Positions 29,769 through 41,200 of a DNA stretch of 64,000 nt are shown here, in pieces (the stretch's first letter is position 1; each line of letters begins with the position of its first letter). The notes under the pieces were generated by a model. The model was not told the DNA's origin and did not search any database. It saw only the letters and a program-made list of their open reading frames with translations. Origin of the DNA: Bacillota bacterium. GTDB taxonomy: Bacteria; Bacillota; Clostridia; Lachnospirales; Lachnospiraceae. The translations under genes and the position numbers were made by a program. The stretch lies in the NCBI GenBank assembly GCA_023450835.1, contig JAEXGM010000014.1, forward strand, positions 49,045-113,044, read 5' to 3'.

Positions 29769-30348
29769 TTTCCTCCTCTTTGTATATATTCTCAATTCGA
29801 TATGCCCAGTAAGGGGAACCGTCCTTGTCATATTTTTTAAAGTCAAATGACCTACCTTCACCTATTTTTAAAGCTTCTTTTACTTTTAATGCCCGTAGTA
29901 ACTGTAACTTTTTGTAACCCGTCTCCAATTCTTTTAGAATCATCTCGAATTTCTTGGTTTCAATCACACAGTAACCCTCGTCATCCAAATAAACAGAATC
30001 TGGAACTTCATTCTGTATAACATGTTCACATAACATTCGATGCGCCACATCAATGCCTACAGCCTCGCTGACATCAACATTTTTCAGGCCATGAAAATTC
30101 TTAAATATTTCACACTTAATTTTATCTACGTCATCCCTCGTAAACTCTACATTAAGGTCATAAATAAAATCACAGGGATTTTTTGATGTATAAAATTTAC
30201 TTCTACTAACAGAATGTATCTCTGACATTTTTCCATCTTTGTCAATTATATAGAAACCAATTGACAGTCTTTTCTTAGAATTGTCCTCTAAACCTACCAT
30301 ATATAACTTGTCATCCCATGTACCTGTATATAATAATGTTGATTTCAT
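29755..30348 (-). CDS. Hypothetical protein, C-terminus resembling the winged helix of DUF927/Cch-type helicases
   Basis: FEMILKEL..GY...LLRALK...L....GR......G....AYRI pattern, recognised by eye. Confidence 0.5.
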   Translation of the reverse strand: MKSTLLYTGTWDDKLYMVGLEDNSKKRLSIGFYIIDKDGKMSEIHSVSRSKFYTSKNPCDFIYDLNVEFTRDDVDKIKCEIFKNFHGLKNVDVSEAVGIDVAHRMLCEHVIQNEVPDSVYLDDEGYCVIETKKFEMILKELETGYKKLQLLRALKVKEALKIGEGRSFDFKKYDKDGSPYWAYRIENIYKEEENGDD

Positions 30349-30880
30349 TTAATTTTCCTCCAATTTTATAATTTTGTATGTGTCAGGGCATAAAATCCCT
30401 GTATTATTCCATATTAATACTTTAATTTCCATATAATATCCTAAATTCACTATATTAGATTTCCGGACTACCCCCATTATTATCCAATGTTAGCATGATC
30501 CACCTTCAAATTATGGAAATAGCTACCAGAAATCTGCTTTCATTATTTAATTTTCCATACCAGTCATGCACCTGGTACTAATTGTAAATAACTGTATTTT
30601 CAAAATATAACTAGCTGATTGACAAGTCCTAGGTGTTTGTCAAGTAAGTTACAAGCGCTTGTGTTCCTTACAAATAGAAGTTTAACACATCCCAGCAGCT
30701 GAACTGGAGTGGATTATACTGTGTCAGTTTTAATAACATACTGTAAGTTTGACAACGGTTTTTGATTGTTTATATCATTTTTCTATATTGTTTCTTCAGT
30801 CAACTGATATACATCAAAAAAAGAAGTAAGTATGAGTTACCACCCATTCTTACTTCTTTTTTTTGTTTTACTATAATTAG

Positions 30881-31543
30881 TTATTTTCCATCCTCTTTAT
30901 AAATCTTAATTGCTTCTAATAACTTTTGTTGTCTACTAACTGCATCATAGTATTGGTCAAATATACTTTTTCCTTTATTATCTTTATCATCTTTATCATT
31001 AAACAATTGCAACAATTTTTCCCAATTCAATTTTTCCGTATAAAGTACCATGTTAGCAACAATGTTATATGTCTCGTCTTTATATGCTCGTTGATACTTG
31101 GCAAAAAAAACAACGTATTTTAATTCATTGTTTTTATTTAAATCAGTTTGATTTGGAAATGCTTCTTTGACATCAATACGTATTTTTTTTATCTTCTTAT
31201 CTATATCTTCTATTGTTAAACCCTTTTGACTAGTAATTTTATCCTCTTTCATTTTTCTTCTTGATTCCAGTAAATTTATATATGTATTCCATTTAGCATC
31301 CAATATACCATCATAAGAAAGCAACTTATTTCCAGTTAATACATCCAAGTTGATTTTTGTCTGTTCACTTATTCTTTTCATAACATGTATTTCCTTAGGC
31401 TCTCTGTTTATTACTTCATAAAAATAGTTGTGATTAATACCAAGTACCTTTTCAAATTCACTAGCTTTATGAAAACGTACCCATATTTGCTTTATTATTG
31501 TCCAATTAATTGTTCTTATACTAAGTGAATCCCATTCTGCCAT
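30881..31543 (-). CDS. Hypothetical protein with degenerate XRE-like HTH (possible element regulator)
   Basis: SEFEKVLGINHNYFYEVIN...KRISEQTKINLDVLTG resembles HTH_3 spacing. Confidence 0.5.
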   Translation of the reverse strand: MAEWDSLSIRTINWTIIKQIWVRFHKASEFEKVLGINHNYFYEVINREPKEIHVMKRISEQTKINLDVLTGNKLLSYDGILDAKWNTYINLLESRRKMKEDKITSQKGLTIEDIDKKIKKIRIDVKEAFPNQTDLNKNNELKYVVFFAKYQRAYKDETYNIVANMVLYTEKLNWEKLLQLFNDKDDKDNKGKSIFDQYYDAVSRQQKLLEAIKIYKEDGK

Positions 31544-32030
31544 GAATACTGCTCCTTTGTATGGTTTTTATATAGATTCTAACAATAAAATCTTACAAAT
31601 ACAATCCTAAAATCCATTCCTCTTTATTTTGGTATTTGGTATTTCCCCTCTCCTAAACCCCATTTTTCTATACCCAAACATTTGTTTTCTCATTTTTACT
31701 TCGTTTTTGATTTCAAAAGATTACCCCCTACTGTATCCCCCTAAAAATTCATACTGCATCCCCTGAAAGCATCGAAATTTTTACAAAGTCAGAAATCTTT
31801 CCTTACTCAACCTCCAATTAAGGAATTTATTTTATTTTTATTCCTCTTTGCTGATAACACCCCCATGTACCCCTTATCCCCCCTATTGCACCCCATTTAA
31901 GTATCACCATAGGAATCCCCCTTGTATATTGAAAAAGCCTCCCCTTTTACAGGAAGGCTTCTCTACTTTTTCTTCTATCTTAAATTCCTATTCCACAAGG
32001 CATTACGAATAAACTTTACCTTTTATCCAT

Positions 32031-35000
32031 TTATCCAAACTGCCCCACTAAATTTTTCATGGAGGTAACTACCCGGTATCCAGCCCACAGAGCACCTCCT
32101 ACTGTTCCTACCGTTAAACCAGCTAAGCCATACGCTATACTTTTTACCAGACTGGGTTTTTGCCTATCCATTAAGAACTTAGCAGAAGTTCCTAAGGTTC
32201 CTTTTGCCAACTGCCAGCCCCAGACATCCTCTCCAAAAGTTGCTTTACCCCATGACTGCTTCGTGGTGTTTTTCATGGCTGCTTCTAACCGGTTTCTTTC
32301 CTTGCTCTCTTTTGTTACCCTCTGACTTATATCCTTTAACGCATCTGCCCTTTTGATTAATTTCACTTTTCCAGTTGAGTCTTTAATGCCTACTTCTAAT
32401 AAACCTTTCTCTGACTTAAAGAATTCATCTAAGATATACTCTGTATCGTTAAATTCTAAGACTGCTTTTTCCAAAATATCAAGGTCTATTATTAATTGCT
32501 GAATGTTTTTACATCTTTTGAATAATTGTTTAAAAGAAACTATCTGCTTTAACTCTATGTTCTCATATCCACCCAATAAACCATTTAAATCGCATCGTTT
32601 ACCGTTGAAGAATAAATCACCGGAGCAAATCGTAACCCTACTTACCATGGAAAGCCGAAAGCCATTATCCTCAACGCTATCTAAAATACCATGAAACAAA
32701 TTCTTCATGTATCTGACAGCCCCTTTCGGTGTCTGTGCATACATCTTTCCAAACCATGTCCGGGGATTTCTTCTGATACCCATACAATTTATCGTGTTTT
32801 CTCTCGTGACCTTGAAAGCATTGTCTGAATCATTTGTATTGAATCTGGTATAGGATTGTTTTTTACCGGAGAATAAAAAGCCTGACTCTTTTCGGATTCT
32901 GTTTATCAACTCCTCCTTACGATTATCCATATCCTCTGATACAGCCTCTTTTGCTTTTTTCACAAGCTTTATATTCTGTAAATATTCTTCTAATTCTTCC
33001 GGTGACATGTCATATAAATCTTCTTCTGTTGTATGCCTGATTTTTTCTTCCAATTCCTTTAGATAATTCTTTGGCACTCCAAACTTTTCTTCTTTCTCCT
33101 CAGAATCTTCTGTAAAATACTCCCCGAAATATCCTCCAAAATCATCCCCAAAGTCTTCCTCTAAAATACCTGTTGTATCAAAATTATTATGATTCATCTC
33201 TGTTGTTTGATTGTCTCTAATGGGATTAAAGGTACCACTTTCGAACTCCATGGAATACACTTTGTCTATTTCCTCGGAAGCTTTGAAGGTATGCATGTCA
33301 TACATATAATCTATTAAACTATTGTATCCCTTCTCTCCAGTAATATAATTTTCACAATAACGAAAACTGGTGTCTAATTGGTCTTGAGCTGTTAAACCAT
33401 AATCTTTTAAAAGGGAATTGGAATAACCCTCAAATGCTACTTCGGGCATTACTTGATAGTCTCCAGAGTTGTCTTTGTATAAGGATACTCCTAATAAATC
33501 ATCTGGAGATAAGTCTGCATCTTTTCCGGCACTGATTATCTTTGATTTACCATCTGTGTTGGAATATACATTGAAGGGTCTGAATACTAAAGGCTCTTTG
33601 TCTGTCATACTCTTCATTAATGCAAAGTACCCACCCCTCGGGCCACTAAACTTTTCATCATACCACCTAGTTTCTTTCAAGGAGGATGGGGTACCAAATT
33701 CTACGGAACCACCAGCCGCCGCAAAGTTCTTTCCTACTAACTTATACATGCTGGCTCTGCCTTCGTAAATACAACGTGCTATTCTGGATGTTTTGTAATT
33801 CTGTCCAGAAGGGAAAGAGGAATCTTGCCATACATATATCATTGTCATTCTGGCTTTTCGAAAGGTTGCACGAATACAACCCGCAAACTTTGTAACGACT
33901 GTTAATGCCCATTTATCAAAGTTGACTGCATATTCTTCCTGTTCTGATAAACTACCTTTACCTTTTGATTTTCTTGCTGTTGCTAAATGTGGCTCTATCA
34001 TTTTTGAGATTGCATCTGCCTCATTTAAAGAAACATTCTGTAATTCATCTAAGACTGCTACCATCCAGGGTAAGGATGTATCAAAGGTACTGGCTGACCT
34101 CTCCTTTGCAAGGTCACAGATTAACTCTATACCTCTTAAGTAGGTAACTACCATCATAAACTGCTCTTTTACATCGGTATCCGTTGTCATTCCTTTGGGT
34201 ATGGAGGTTGCATCAAAGAACCGATGCTTTTCTCTGATACAATAGTTTTCATTGGGGTCTTCCAATACCTCTTTATTCGTTTGTACACCATTAAACACAA
34301 AGGCTTCTTTCCCATTCTGCCAAGCCAACTTGCCTAAACATAAGGAAACATCTGGTTTTGCATCTAAGTATAGGATGGTACATCGGGATGCCATTGCTGA
34401 ACCTAAAAGATTTAATGTCATGACACCTTTTCCGCCACCAGTAGTTGCATACAATGCTATCTGGGTGATTTCATCTGTCATGAAATTCTGTGTTACTAAC
34501 TCATTATCCAAGTTCTTTCCGAGTAACACATTACCCCAACCTACCTTGATGTTCTGCTTTTTTAAATCCCCTAATACCTGATGGGCAAATAATACATTTC
34601 CATGAAAGGCTTTTTCATTGTAAATGACAGATGCCTCTATGATCGATGTATTCTGAATTGTCCGTGTTTTAATATCTGCTTTTTTTGTCTGCCGATTCAA
34701 TACCCCCTCTAAACAATTTTCCAGTTTTTCTTCATTTACCTCATTGACCCCACTGCCTGACGATACCTTTACTGTTGTAACCACATTTGGAATGTATTCC
34801 GATACAATCATGATCTGTTTCAAGGATTTAGCAATGGCACTATTTAACATATCCACGTCCCTTGATTTTGTATCCTCTGTCACACCAACCTCTTGAAAAA
34901 TTTTATAAACCTGCGCTTTCAGATTTCCTAAAATCCAAGGCCTTATCACACTGTACCTTGTTATCTTCTCCCCTATTTTCTCAACTTCCCCGGTGCTTAT

Positions 35001-36419
35001 CTCTTCTGCATGTTCTTTATTATACCAGTCAATATAAGTTGCTAAAAATGCATTACTGCTTTTGATACCATACAGATTGTCCAAATGAAATTTTGTTAAG
35101 CATAGTCCATACTGATTCTTCTTTAAATCGTCAAAGGATAACTCTGATTTATCGGAGTACTTGTCAAAACTACTGTACTCCCCATTCTCTTGCAAAAATG
35201 TTTCTTTTATTCCATCATAAACTAATTCTGCTATCTTGGGATCTCCATTCAGCTCTACTTCTCCCTTCAGGTTCAACCGATAAATTCCCTTTGCTGTTAA
35301 GACTCCTCCCGGAGGTATTAAGTTATAACAGGAGCTGTATAGACCATCATAAACAGTCATAAGGCTTTTAACAAAATCATTTACAATGCCACCCCAGGTT
35401 TTTTTCAAAATCTCTAAGGAACTATCTTTTTCTTTCTCCGGAACCTTCCCTGCTGCAACAGGATTCTCCTTCTCTTTTTCTACTTCTTTGACTGCCTCAC
35501 TCCTGTTTTTTTCATGCTCTTCTCTTTTTATGTTATCAATTCTTTTACACAGCTTCTCAAAGAAAGGTTGCAATACCTCTTTGTCATAGGTATAAATTCC
35601 AGTCAGGACAGAATATTCCTTGTTCAAGACTGCTACCCCTGGCACATAATATAACATTACCCAACTGTTTGGGTTTGCAAACTCTGCTTTTACAGCAAGA
35701 TCCACAGCCCATATCTTCTGTATATCCTCTAAACTATCTGTGCCAGTCTTATCCTCTACCATATGATAGATGTTTTCCAGATTTGACAGATACCCAACGC
35801 ATCTTAACCTTGGAAATTGCTTTTGAATGTCATTTCCCTTAAACAATGTCCTTTCAATTAAAGCTTTTACCATACCGTCATCCATTGCATTACTATTTCC
35901 ACCCATACCATAATTCAACAATGCATGCAACCCTAATGTGTTATCAATGTCAGGACTTAAAAATACTGACCAATCAAAATATATCTCTTCGATATTTTTT
36001 AGTACCCAGGGTGTTGTAAAACGACTGAACACATCTCCGGTTATTTTATAAGTATTCTGTCCTTGCAGTAAATCCTTCCTTACTGCCAATAAGTCAACCT
36101 CTAATCTCCTCTCCCTTTTTAAAGACTGATTGGAGGAACCCTTTACAGGCTGATAAAAATGTACATAGACACCTTTATATGTGATGAACACCCTTCGTAT
36201 GTTGCTGGGAGAGCCATACTTTTTATCCACTGCCTTATCCCATATCTCCCCCCGAAACTTTCTGACAGATTCATCTATCTCCCCATCTACTCTTTTATAC
36301 AAAGGAATATATTTCTTTTCCTCTTCTTTGGAATTGACGTTGACTGCCGGTAGATTGATTTTCTCACTAATTAAACTGTTCAGGTTTATTTTTGTTATCT
36401 TATTCTCCATGTCATACAC
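32031..36419 (-). CDS. Large FtsK/SpoIIIE-like P-loop ATPase
   Basis: LLGKNLD...IALYATTGGGKGV (Walker A), ILYLDAKP, PWMVAVLDEL (Walker B) and RKARMTMIYVWQ follow the FtsK motif order; C-terminal hydrophobic segment. Confidence 0.7.
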   Translation of the reverse strand: MYDMENKITKINLNSLISEKINLPAVNVNSKEEEKKYIPLYKRVDGEIDESVRKFRGEIWDKAVDKKYGSPSNIRRVFITYKGVYVHFYQPVKGSSNQSLKRERRLEVDLLAVRKDLLQGQNTYKITGDVFSRFTTPWVLKNIEEIYFDWSVFLSPDIDNTLGLHALLNYGMGGNSNAMDDGMVKALIERTLFKGNDIQKQFPRLRCVGYLSNLENIYHMVEDKTGTDSLEDIQKIWAVDLAVKAEFANPNSWVMLYYVPGVAVLNKEYSVLTGIYTYDKEVLQPFFEKLCKRIDNIKREEHEKNRSEAVKEVEKEKENPVAAGKVPEKEKDSSLEILKKTWGGIVNDFVKSLMTVYDGLYSSCYNLIPPGGVLTAKGIYRLNLKGEVELNGDPKIAELVYDGIKETFLQENGEYSSFDKYSDKSELSFDDLKKNQYGLCLTKFHLDNLYGIKSSNAFLATYIDWYNKEHAEEISTGEVEKIGEKITRYSVIRPWILGNLKAQVYKIFQEVGVTEDTKSRDVDMLNSAIAKSLKQIMIVSEYIPNVVTTVKVSSGSGVNEVNEEKLENCLEGVLNRQTKKADIKTRTIQNTSIIEASVIYNEKAFHGNVLFAHQVLGDLKKQNIKVGWGNVLLGKNLDNELVTQNFMTDEITQIALYATTGGGKGVMTLNLLGSAMASRCTILYLDAKPDVSLCLGKLAWQNGKEAFVFNGVQTNKEVLEDPNENYCIREKHRFFDATSIPKGMTTDTDVKEQFMMVVTYLRGIELICDLAKERSASTFDTSLPWMVAVLDELQNVSLNEADAISKMIEPHLATARKSKGKGSLSEQEEYAVNFDKWALTVVTKFAGCIRATFRKARMTMIYVWQDSSFPSGQNYKTSRIARCIYEGRASMYKLVGKNFAAAGGSVEFGTPSSLKETRWYDEKFSGPRGGYFALMKSMTDKEPLVFRPFNVYSNTDGKSKIISAGKDADLSPDDLLGVSLYKDNSGDYQVMPEVAFEGYSNSLLKDYGLTAQDQLDTSFRYCENYITGEKGYNSLIDYMYDMHTFKASEEIDKVYSMEFESGTFNPIRDNQTTEMNHNNFDTTGILEEDFGDDFGGYFGEYFTEDSEEKEEKFGVPKNYLKELEEKIRHTTEEDLYDMSPEELEEYLQNIKLVKKAKEAVSEDMDNRKEELINRIRKESGFLFSGKKQSYTRFNTNDSDNAFKVTRENTINCMGIRRNPRTWFGKMYAQTPKGAVRYMKNLFHGILDSVEDNGFRLSMVSRVTICSGDLFFNGKRCDLNGLLGGYENIELKQIVSFKQLFKRCKNIQQLIIDLDILEKAVLEFNDTEYILDEFFKSEKGLLEVGIKDSTGKVKLIKRADALKDISQRVTKESKERNRLEAAMKNTTKQSWGKATFGEDVWGWQLAKGTLGTSAKFLMDRQKPSLVKSIAYGLAGLTVGTVGGALWAGYRVVTSMKNLVGQFG

Positions 36420-36477
36420 CTTTCCTTTCCAACTACTGCACCATGAGTCACCGGTGCAGTAGTTTTTATCCGCTCTC

Positions 36478-37950
36478 TTAATAACTGTAATACAGGGTAT
36501 CCATTAAGTTCGCATCGTCACTTCTGTCTAACCACCCTGACCCATCTGACGTTGGTATCTTACTTAACAGGATGTTTATCAGTCTGGAACCAAAATAAAC
36601 ATCTTGACGATATATTCTGGTCTGCTGCGGACTTGCTTTTAATGAATTTTGATAGGCTACTAACAGCATATCGTAAAAATCATTGCTCTTTGCCTGCTCT
36701 GCTATCTTATCCGCAGTCCTTTTATTTGCTGAAAAATCATTGGCTGTACCGATTCCCATAGATGCCATGACTGCTTGTACCGGATTTATCATGTAAATCT
36801 CTGGTTCCCCGGTTTCATTAATCATGTATCCTCCTCCAGCCGTGATGGATATGTTAAACTTATTCTGTGCATCATCTTCTGTTGCAGCTGTTGCCCATAC
36901 CATGTATCCTTGTACTGCCTGTTTCCAATAGTTTTGTGCACCGGAACCATCCGACAGTACATATAAGGTGATTAATAAATCAATGTACCCACAATATTCT
37001 GAAAATCCCCCCTGGTCGATATAAGCTTCCGCATTATCCGGATTTTCTTTTATTTCCTTTTTCACTCTTTCATTAATACTCTGAATTGTTTCCGTTGACC
37101 AGTCTATCTGCCCGGACTTAGTGTATTCATTTATCTTTGGCACGATATCCACTTTATCATCTGTTATCTTTGTAATGTAGCTCCACAGGCGATAGCAGTT
37201 ATCTTTATCCTTGTCTATATCAACTTTAAAAGCCTTTATCCACCTTCCATTTTCTGAAAGAGCTTTTGCAAGCTCTTCATAATTAGTCGTTCTTATCTTC
37301 CTCGTGATATAACTGCCATCTTTCTGCAATACGTCCTCTTCTATCTCTTCTATTTTGATTTGTTCCTTCAGGTATTTATAAATGCGATCATAAAAGATTC
37401 CTTTTTCAAAGAAGGAGGGCTTACTGTCCGAATCACTTTCCCCTAAACGTATAATCCTTTTTAAATCTGTTTCCTTTTTACTGGCAATCGTGGAGGTACT
37501 GCCTATCATTCCATACGTGTAATTGAAATATTTTTTTGTAGAGGAACAACCGGACTTGATTGCCGGGAACTTATCTTCTATATAATCATCAAAGACTTTC
37601 GGACATAACACCAGAGAAGTTTCATCTTGTCTGGCGTAATAGTTCCGATAGTATTTTCCATAGGTCGGCATTATCAGTGTCGTTTTCTTTATTTGGGGTA
37701 CGGTATCCCAAGTATCCAAGGTCAGCCAGAATATCGGTGCTTTTTCTATCGTATAATGAGTTGCCCCAAATGTATTGTACTCTCCCGGCCTTATCTCTCT
37801 GGCTCCTCCTACTGCCACACCAGCATCCGCCTGAAAACTCTTAAATCCCAGGTAGGTAAACACTGCTGTTAACAGTATTCCTACACACAGTACTATGATT
37901 TTATGATTACGTGATAAATGTATCTTCTTTAACCTATTTATTTTTTTCAT
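36478..37950 (-). CDS. Secreted or membrane-anchored hypothetical protein
   Basis: Basic N-terminus, hydrophobic helix and ADA cleavage-like site. Confidence 0.7.
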   Translation of the reverse strand: MKKINRLKKIHLSRNHKIIVLCVGILLTAVFTYLGFKSFQADAGVAVGGAREIRPGEYNTFGATHYTIEKAPIFWLTLDTWDTVPQIKKTTLIMPTYGKYYRNYYARQDETSLVLCPKVFDDYIEDKFPAIKSGCSSTKKYFNYTYGMIGSTSTIASKKETDLKRIIRLGESDSDSKPSFFEKGIFYDRIYKYLKEQIKIEEIEEDVLQKDGSYITRKIRTTNYEELAKALSENGRWIKAFKVDIDKDKDNCYRLWSYITKITDDKVDIVPKINEYTKSGQIDWSTETIQSINERVKKEIKENPDNAEAYIDQGGFSEYCGYIDLLITLYVLSDGSGAQNYWKQAVQGYMVWATAATEDDAQNKFNISITAGGGYMINETGEPEIYMINPVQAVMASMGIGTANDFSANKRTADKIAEQAKSNDFYDMLLVAYQNSLKASPQQTRIYRQDVYFGSRLINILLSKIPTSDGSGWLDRSDDANLMDTLYYSY

Positions 37951-37989
37951 GCTCTGCCTCCCATAAACTTCCTTATGAATTGAATTATT

Positions 37990-38151
37990 CTACCAGGCTC
38001 CCAAGGGCCCGCCTATCAGCTTGTTTCTTATCCATGTAAGTATGAATAACAATCCAAAAACTCCTATTACAATTCCAATTGCTATTACATATTCCAGTAT
38101 CTCTTTGCCTAAATGTTTCATCTTTTCTCTATTAAAAATGTATCTCTTCAT
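37990..38151 (-). CDS. Small single-TM protein (53 aa), not in the ORF track
   Basis: Manual translation MKRYIFNREKMKHLGKEILEYVIAIGIVIGVFGLLFILTWIRNKLIGGPLGAW; AAGGAG RBS. Confidence 0.65.
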   Translation of the reverse strand: MKRYIFNREKMKHLGKEILEYVIAIGIVIGVFGLLFILTWIRNKLIGGPLGAW

Positions 38152-38242
38152 ATATCAATGCTCCTTCAAAATTTTATTGATTTTTTCAAGTGTTTCTCTG
38201 GTAAAATTCCAGAGCAACACTTGAATTTTATTGCTTAAATCA

Positions 38243-41200
38243 TTAGTCTAAATCTTGAACACTTACGTTTGGTAAATAGAAGAGTCTGCTTGTTAACATA
38301 TCATCTAATCCAGTTAAGTAGATACCGGTTTTGTCATCACCCCAGGTTGCTAAGTAACCGGAACCATAAGCACTGTAACTGGAACCTGCTGCTCTGGGAG
38401 AGGTCTTGAAGAAGGAGGTTCTGACCTTATCCTTTGCTGTCTTGGAATCGTAGTTAAACATATCTGACTTGCTGTCAAGGTGACCTGCTAAGGCTGTATC
38501 TAAGGCTGCACTTCTGGTGGATGAACCTGTCTTGAATCCTACTTCATATAAATAACTGGTTACTTGAACTGATATTCCATCCATTGCTTCATTGTACCAT
38601 GCATTCTGTCCTGCATTTCTATCTATGGATGCTAAGAAGTTCGATAATAACTTCGCCTTGCTGTTTAATTCCTTCAGGTCTGTGTCCGAACCGATAAGGT
38701 CATTTAAACTTTCACTCTTAGTAATGGATTTGTAGGCTGTACCATTCTTGTAAAGAATGACCTTTCCAGTTACATCCGATGCTATCTTCCAGGTGATGGT
38801 GGAAGAATTTTCATCCACGATATCTATCTTTCCACTGGAGGGGGTAGTATCTCCACCTAATTGCAAGTAATATTTACTATTACTGTTAACTTTGTTTCCA
38901 AAGATTCTGGTTAAAGGACTTCCATAAATGCCTTTTGGATCTAATAATTCGCCTTGCTTCTCTACTTCAGAAGTGCTCTTTAGGATTCCACCAGCAATGT
39001 ACTGAACCACATCATAGGAGTTGATTGCTTTCTTTACATCTCCTACTAAACTATCTCTTCTGCTGTCTACTGTGGATTTGCTGTAATAACTGTAATTACT
39101 TACTACACTGGATTCATCACTCTCTACAAAGGTCTGCCATACCTTTAAACCTACATAGGTTTTGTTTGAAGGGTCTGCTTTTAAGGTGAAGACTGCACCA
39201 GCTGGTAATACATTGTTTTTACCTAATGCATCTATACTTCTCTTGCTGGTGTTCCATTGATTACTGTCAAGAGTTAAGGAATCCGTTGCACCTTTTACAT
39301 AACCGATATCTACATAATCACTGTTTTTCAGTTCACTCTGATGCTCTGATAAGACGTAAGCATAGTTCCAATCTGTAGGACTATTTGTTGTGCTGTATTT
39401 CATTCTGATATATGGATTGAATAACATGGACTTATTGGTGTTGATACTGTATCCAAAGGCACTGGATAAACTGCTGTTATCAAACTCTTGCTTGTCAATC
39501 TGAAAGTTTATCTTCTCTCCCTTATCTTCACTGTTACTTGTACCATAATTGGAACTTCCTAAATAATTATTAACTGCTACCTCTACTTTTACAGAATTAT
39601 TTTCTTTCATGGCTGCTGTAATCTTTGTTTCAGGAGTACTGCCATGATTGATTTCCTTGTATGTCCAATATCCACTACTTATAATCTTCCCATCCTTGTC
39701 CTTTACAGGGTCTATGTAAGTATCTCGATGAGCGGTATTGTGAGGAATATTACACTGACTGATTCCCTTATATTTTAAGTCCAGGACTGAATCTGCTGTA
39801 AAGGTAAACTTTATTTCCGGTAACTCATATTTTTTCACATACCAGCCACTAGCCTCTGCTCTTGGAGTTGAAATACTATTTGCTTCTTCCAGTCCCAGAT
39901 AATCCTTCAATACTTCATAAGCACTATCCTTTTTCTTCTTATCATAATAATATTTTGCCAGTGTCACTTTATCCGAAGCTTTTCCACGATAAACAGTAAC
40001 ATCATAGTCTGGTTTATACTCTTTTGCTGTGTCCTTCCCTTGGACTGCTTTGACCTTATCCTCAGAAATACCAGTTCTGCTACTAAGGAAAGGGCTGCCT
40101 TTTTCAGTTCCAGCGTATACTAATTCTTTATCCAGTCCCGATAAACTACCATTTTTATTTTCAATGTTATTTTGGTATTTGGTATAGTAATACTGACCTC
40201 CCACTAAACTAAAAACTTGTCCACATCCATTGGAATCCAGCTTATTGGCAGGATAGCCAGTATAATTCACCGTCAGCTTATAGTCCTTATCAGCAGTTTG
40301 TAGTACATTTTTGATTCCCTTTGCTATTTCATCCTCCTCCAGTGTAATGTCTCCAGTACCTCTGCCTTCCTTGGCTTTCGTCTGATTTTTAATGATTTCA
40401 TAAGAAATAACAATTGTCTGTTGATTCTTTAAACCAGTAACTTTAATGTTATCGAATATCTTACCTTCTCCTAAACTTTCATAATCAATGCCCTTTAAGT
40501 CCAGACCATTTACTACCTTACTTTTCAGGTTTTCTGCATTAGAAGGTAACTGTTTATAAGTATAGGAATAACTGCCTTTTTTACTATCCAAAAGTAACTC
40601 ATTGGTAATATCTTTTGCTTTACTGACCTTTAAACTTTCATTTAGGACTGCTCCATCCTTTTTATCTATGGTTTTCACTACTGTAATTAATTGCACCTCT
40701 GGGATATCCACTTGATAAAATGCTATGACTGTCTGGCCTCCACTGATTCTATTTGCTATTTCCAATGTACTAATATTACCCTTTAACGTACCAGTGTAAT
40801 ATTTCATTTCTTTATTAATAGGAATATTCAGACCAGCCACTGCTTTCCAGCTGTTAAACTTTCCACCCTTGTAAATACTTTCTAAAGTTACAGTGTAAGA
40901 CTTATCATCATAAGTACCTTTTTCATAATTGGGATTTACTCTATAAACTCCTAACAGCTTATTGGTATTTCCTGACCTGCTGTATACCACATTTATCTGC
41001 TTTACCGGAGATTCCTCCGTAGGATTGGTCTGATATAACTGCATTCCATAGCCTTCCAACCTTCCTTGGGATAACTTATTTGTCGCTGCCAGTTCATCCA
41101 AAGGCCTTCTGGTTCCTTCTGTTTCAGAGGGTGCTGATATTGTAAGTCCATCACCCATCCAACTATCTTCCAGTCTTAATGCTGACCAGCCAAGCTTAGT

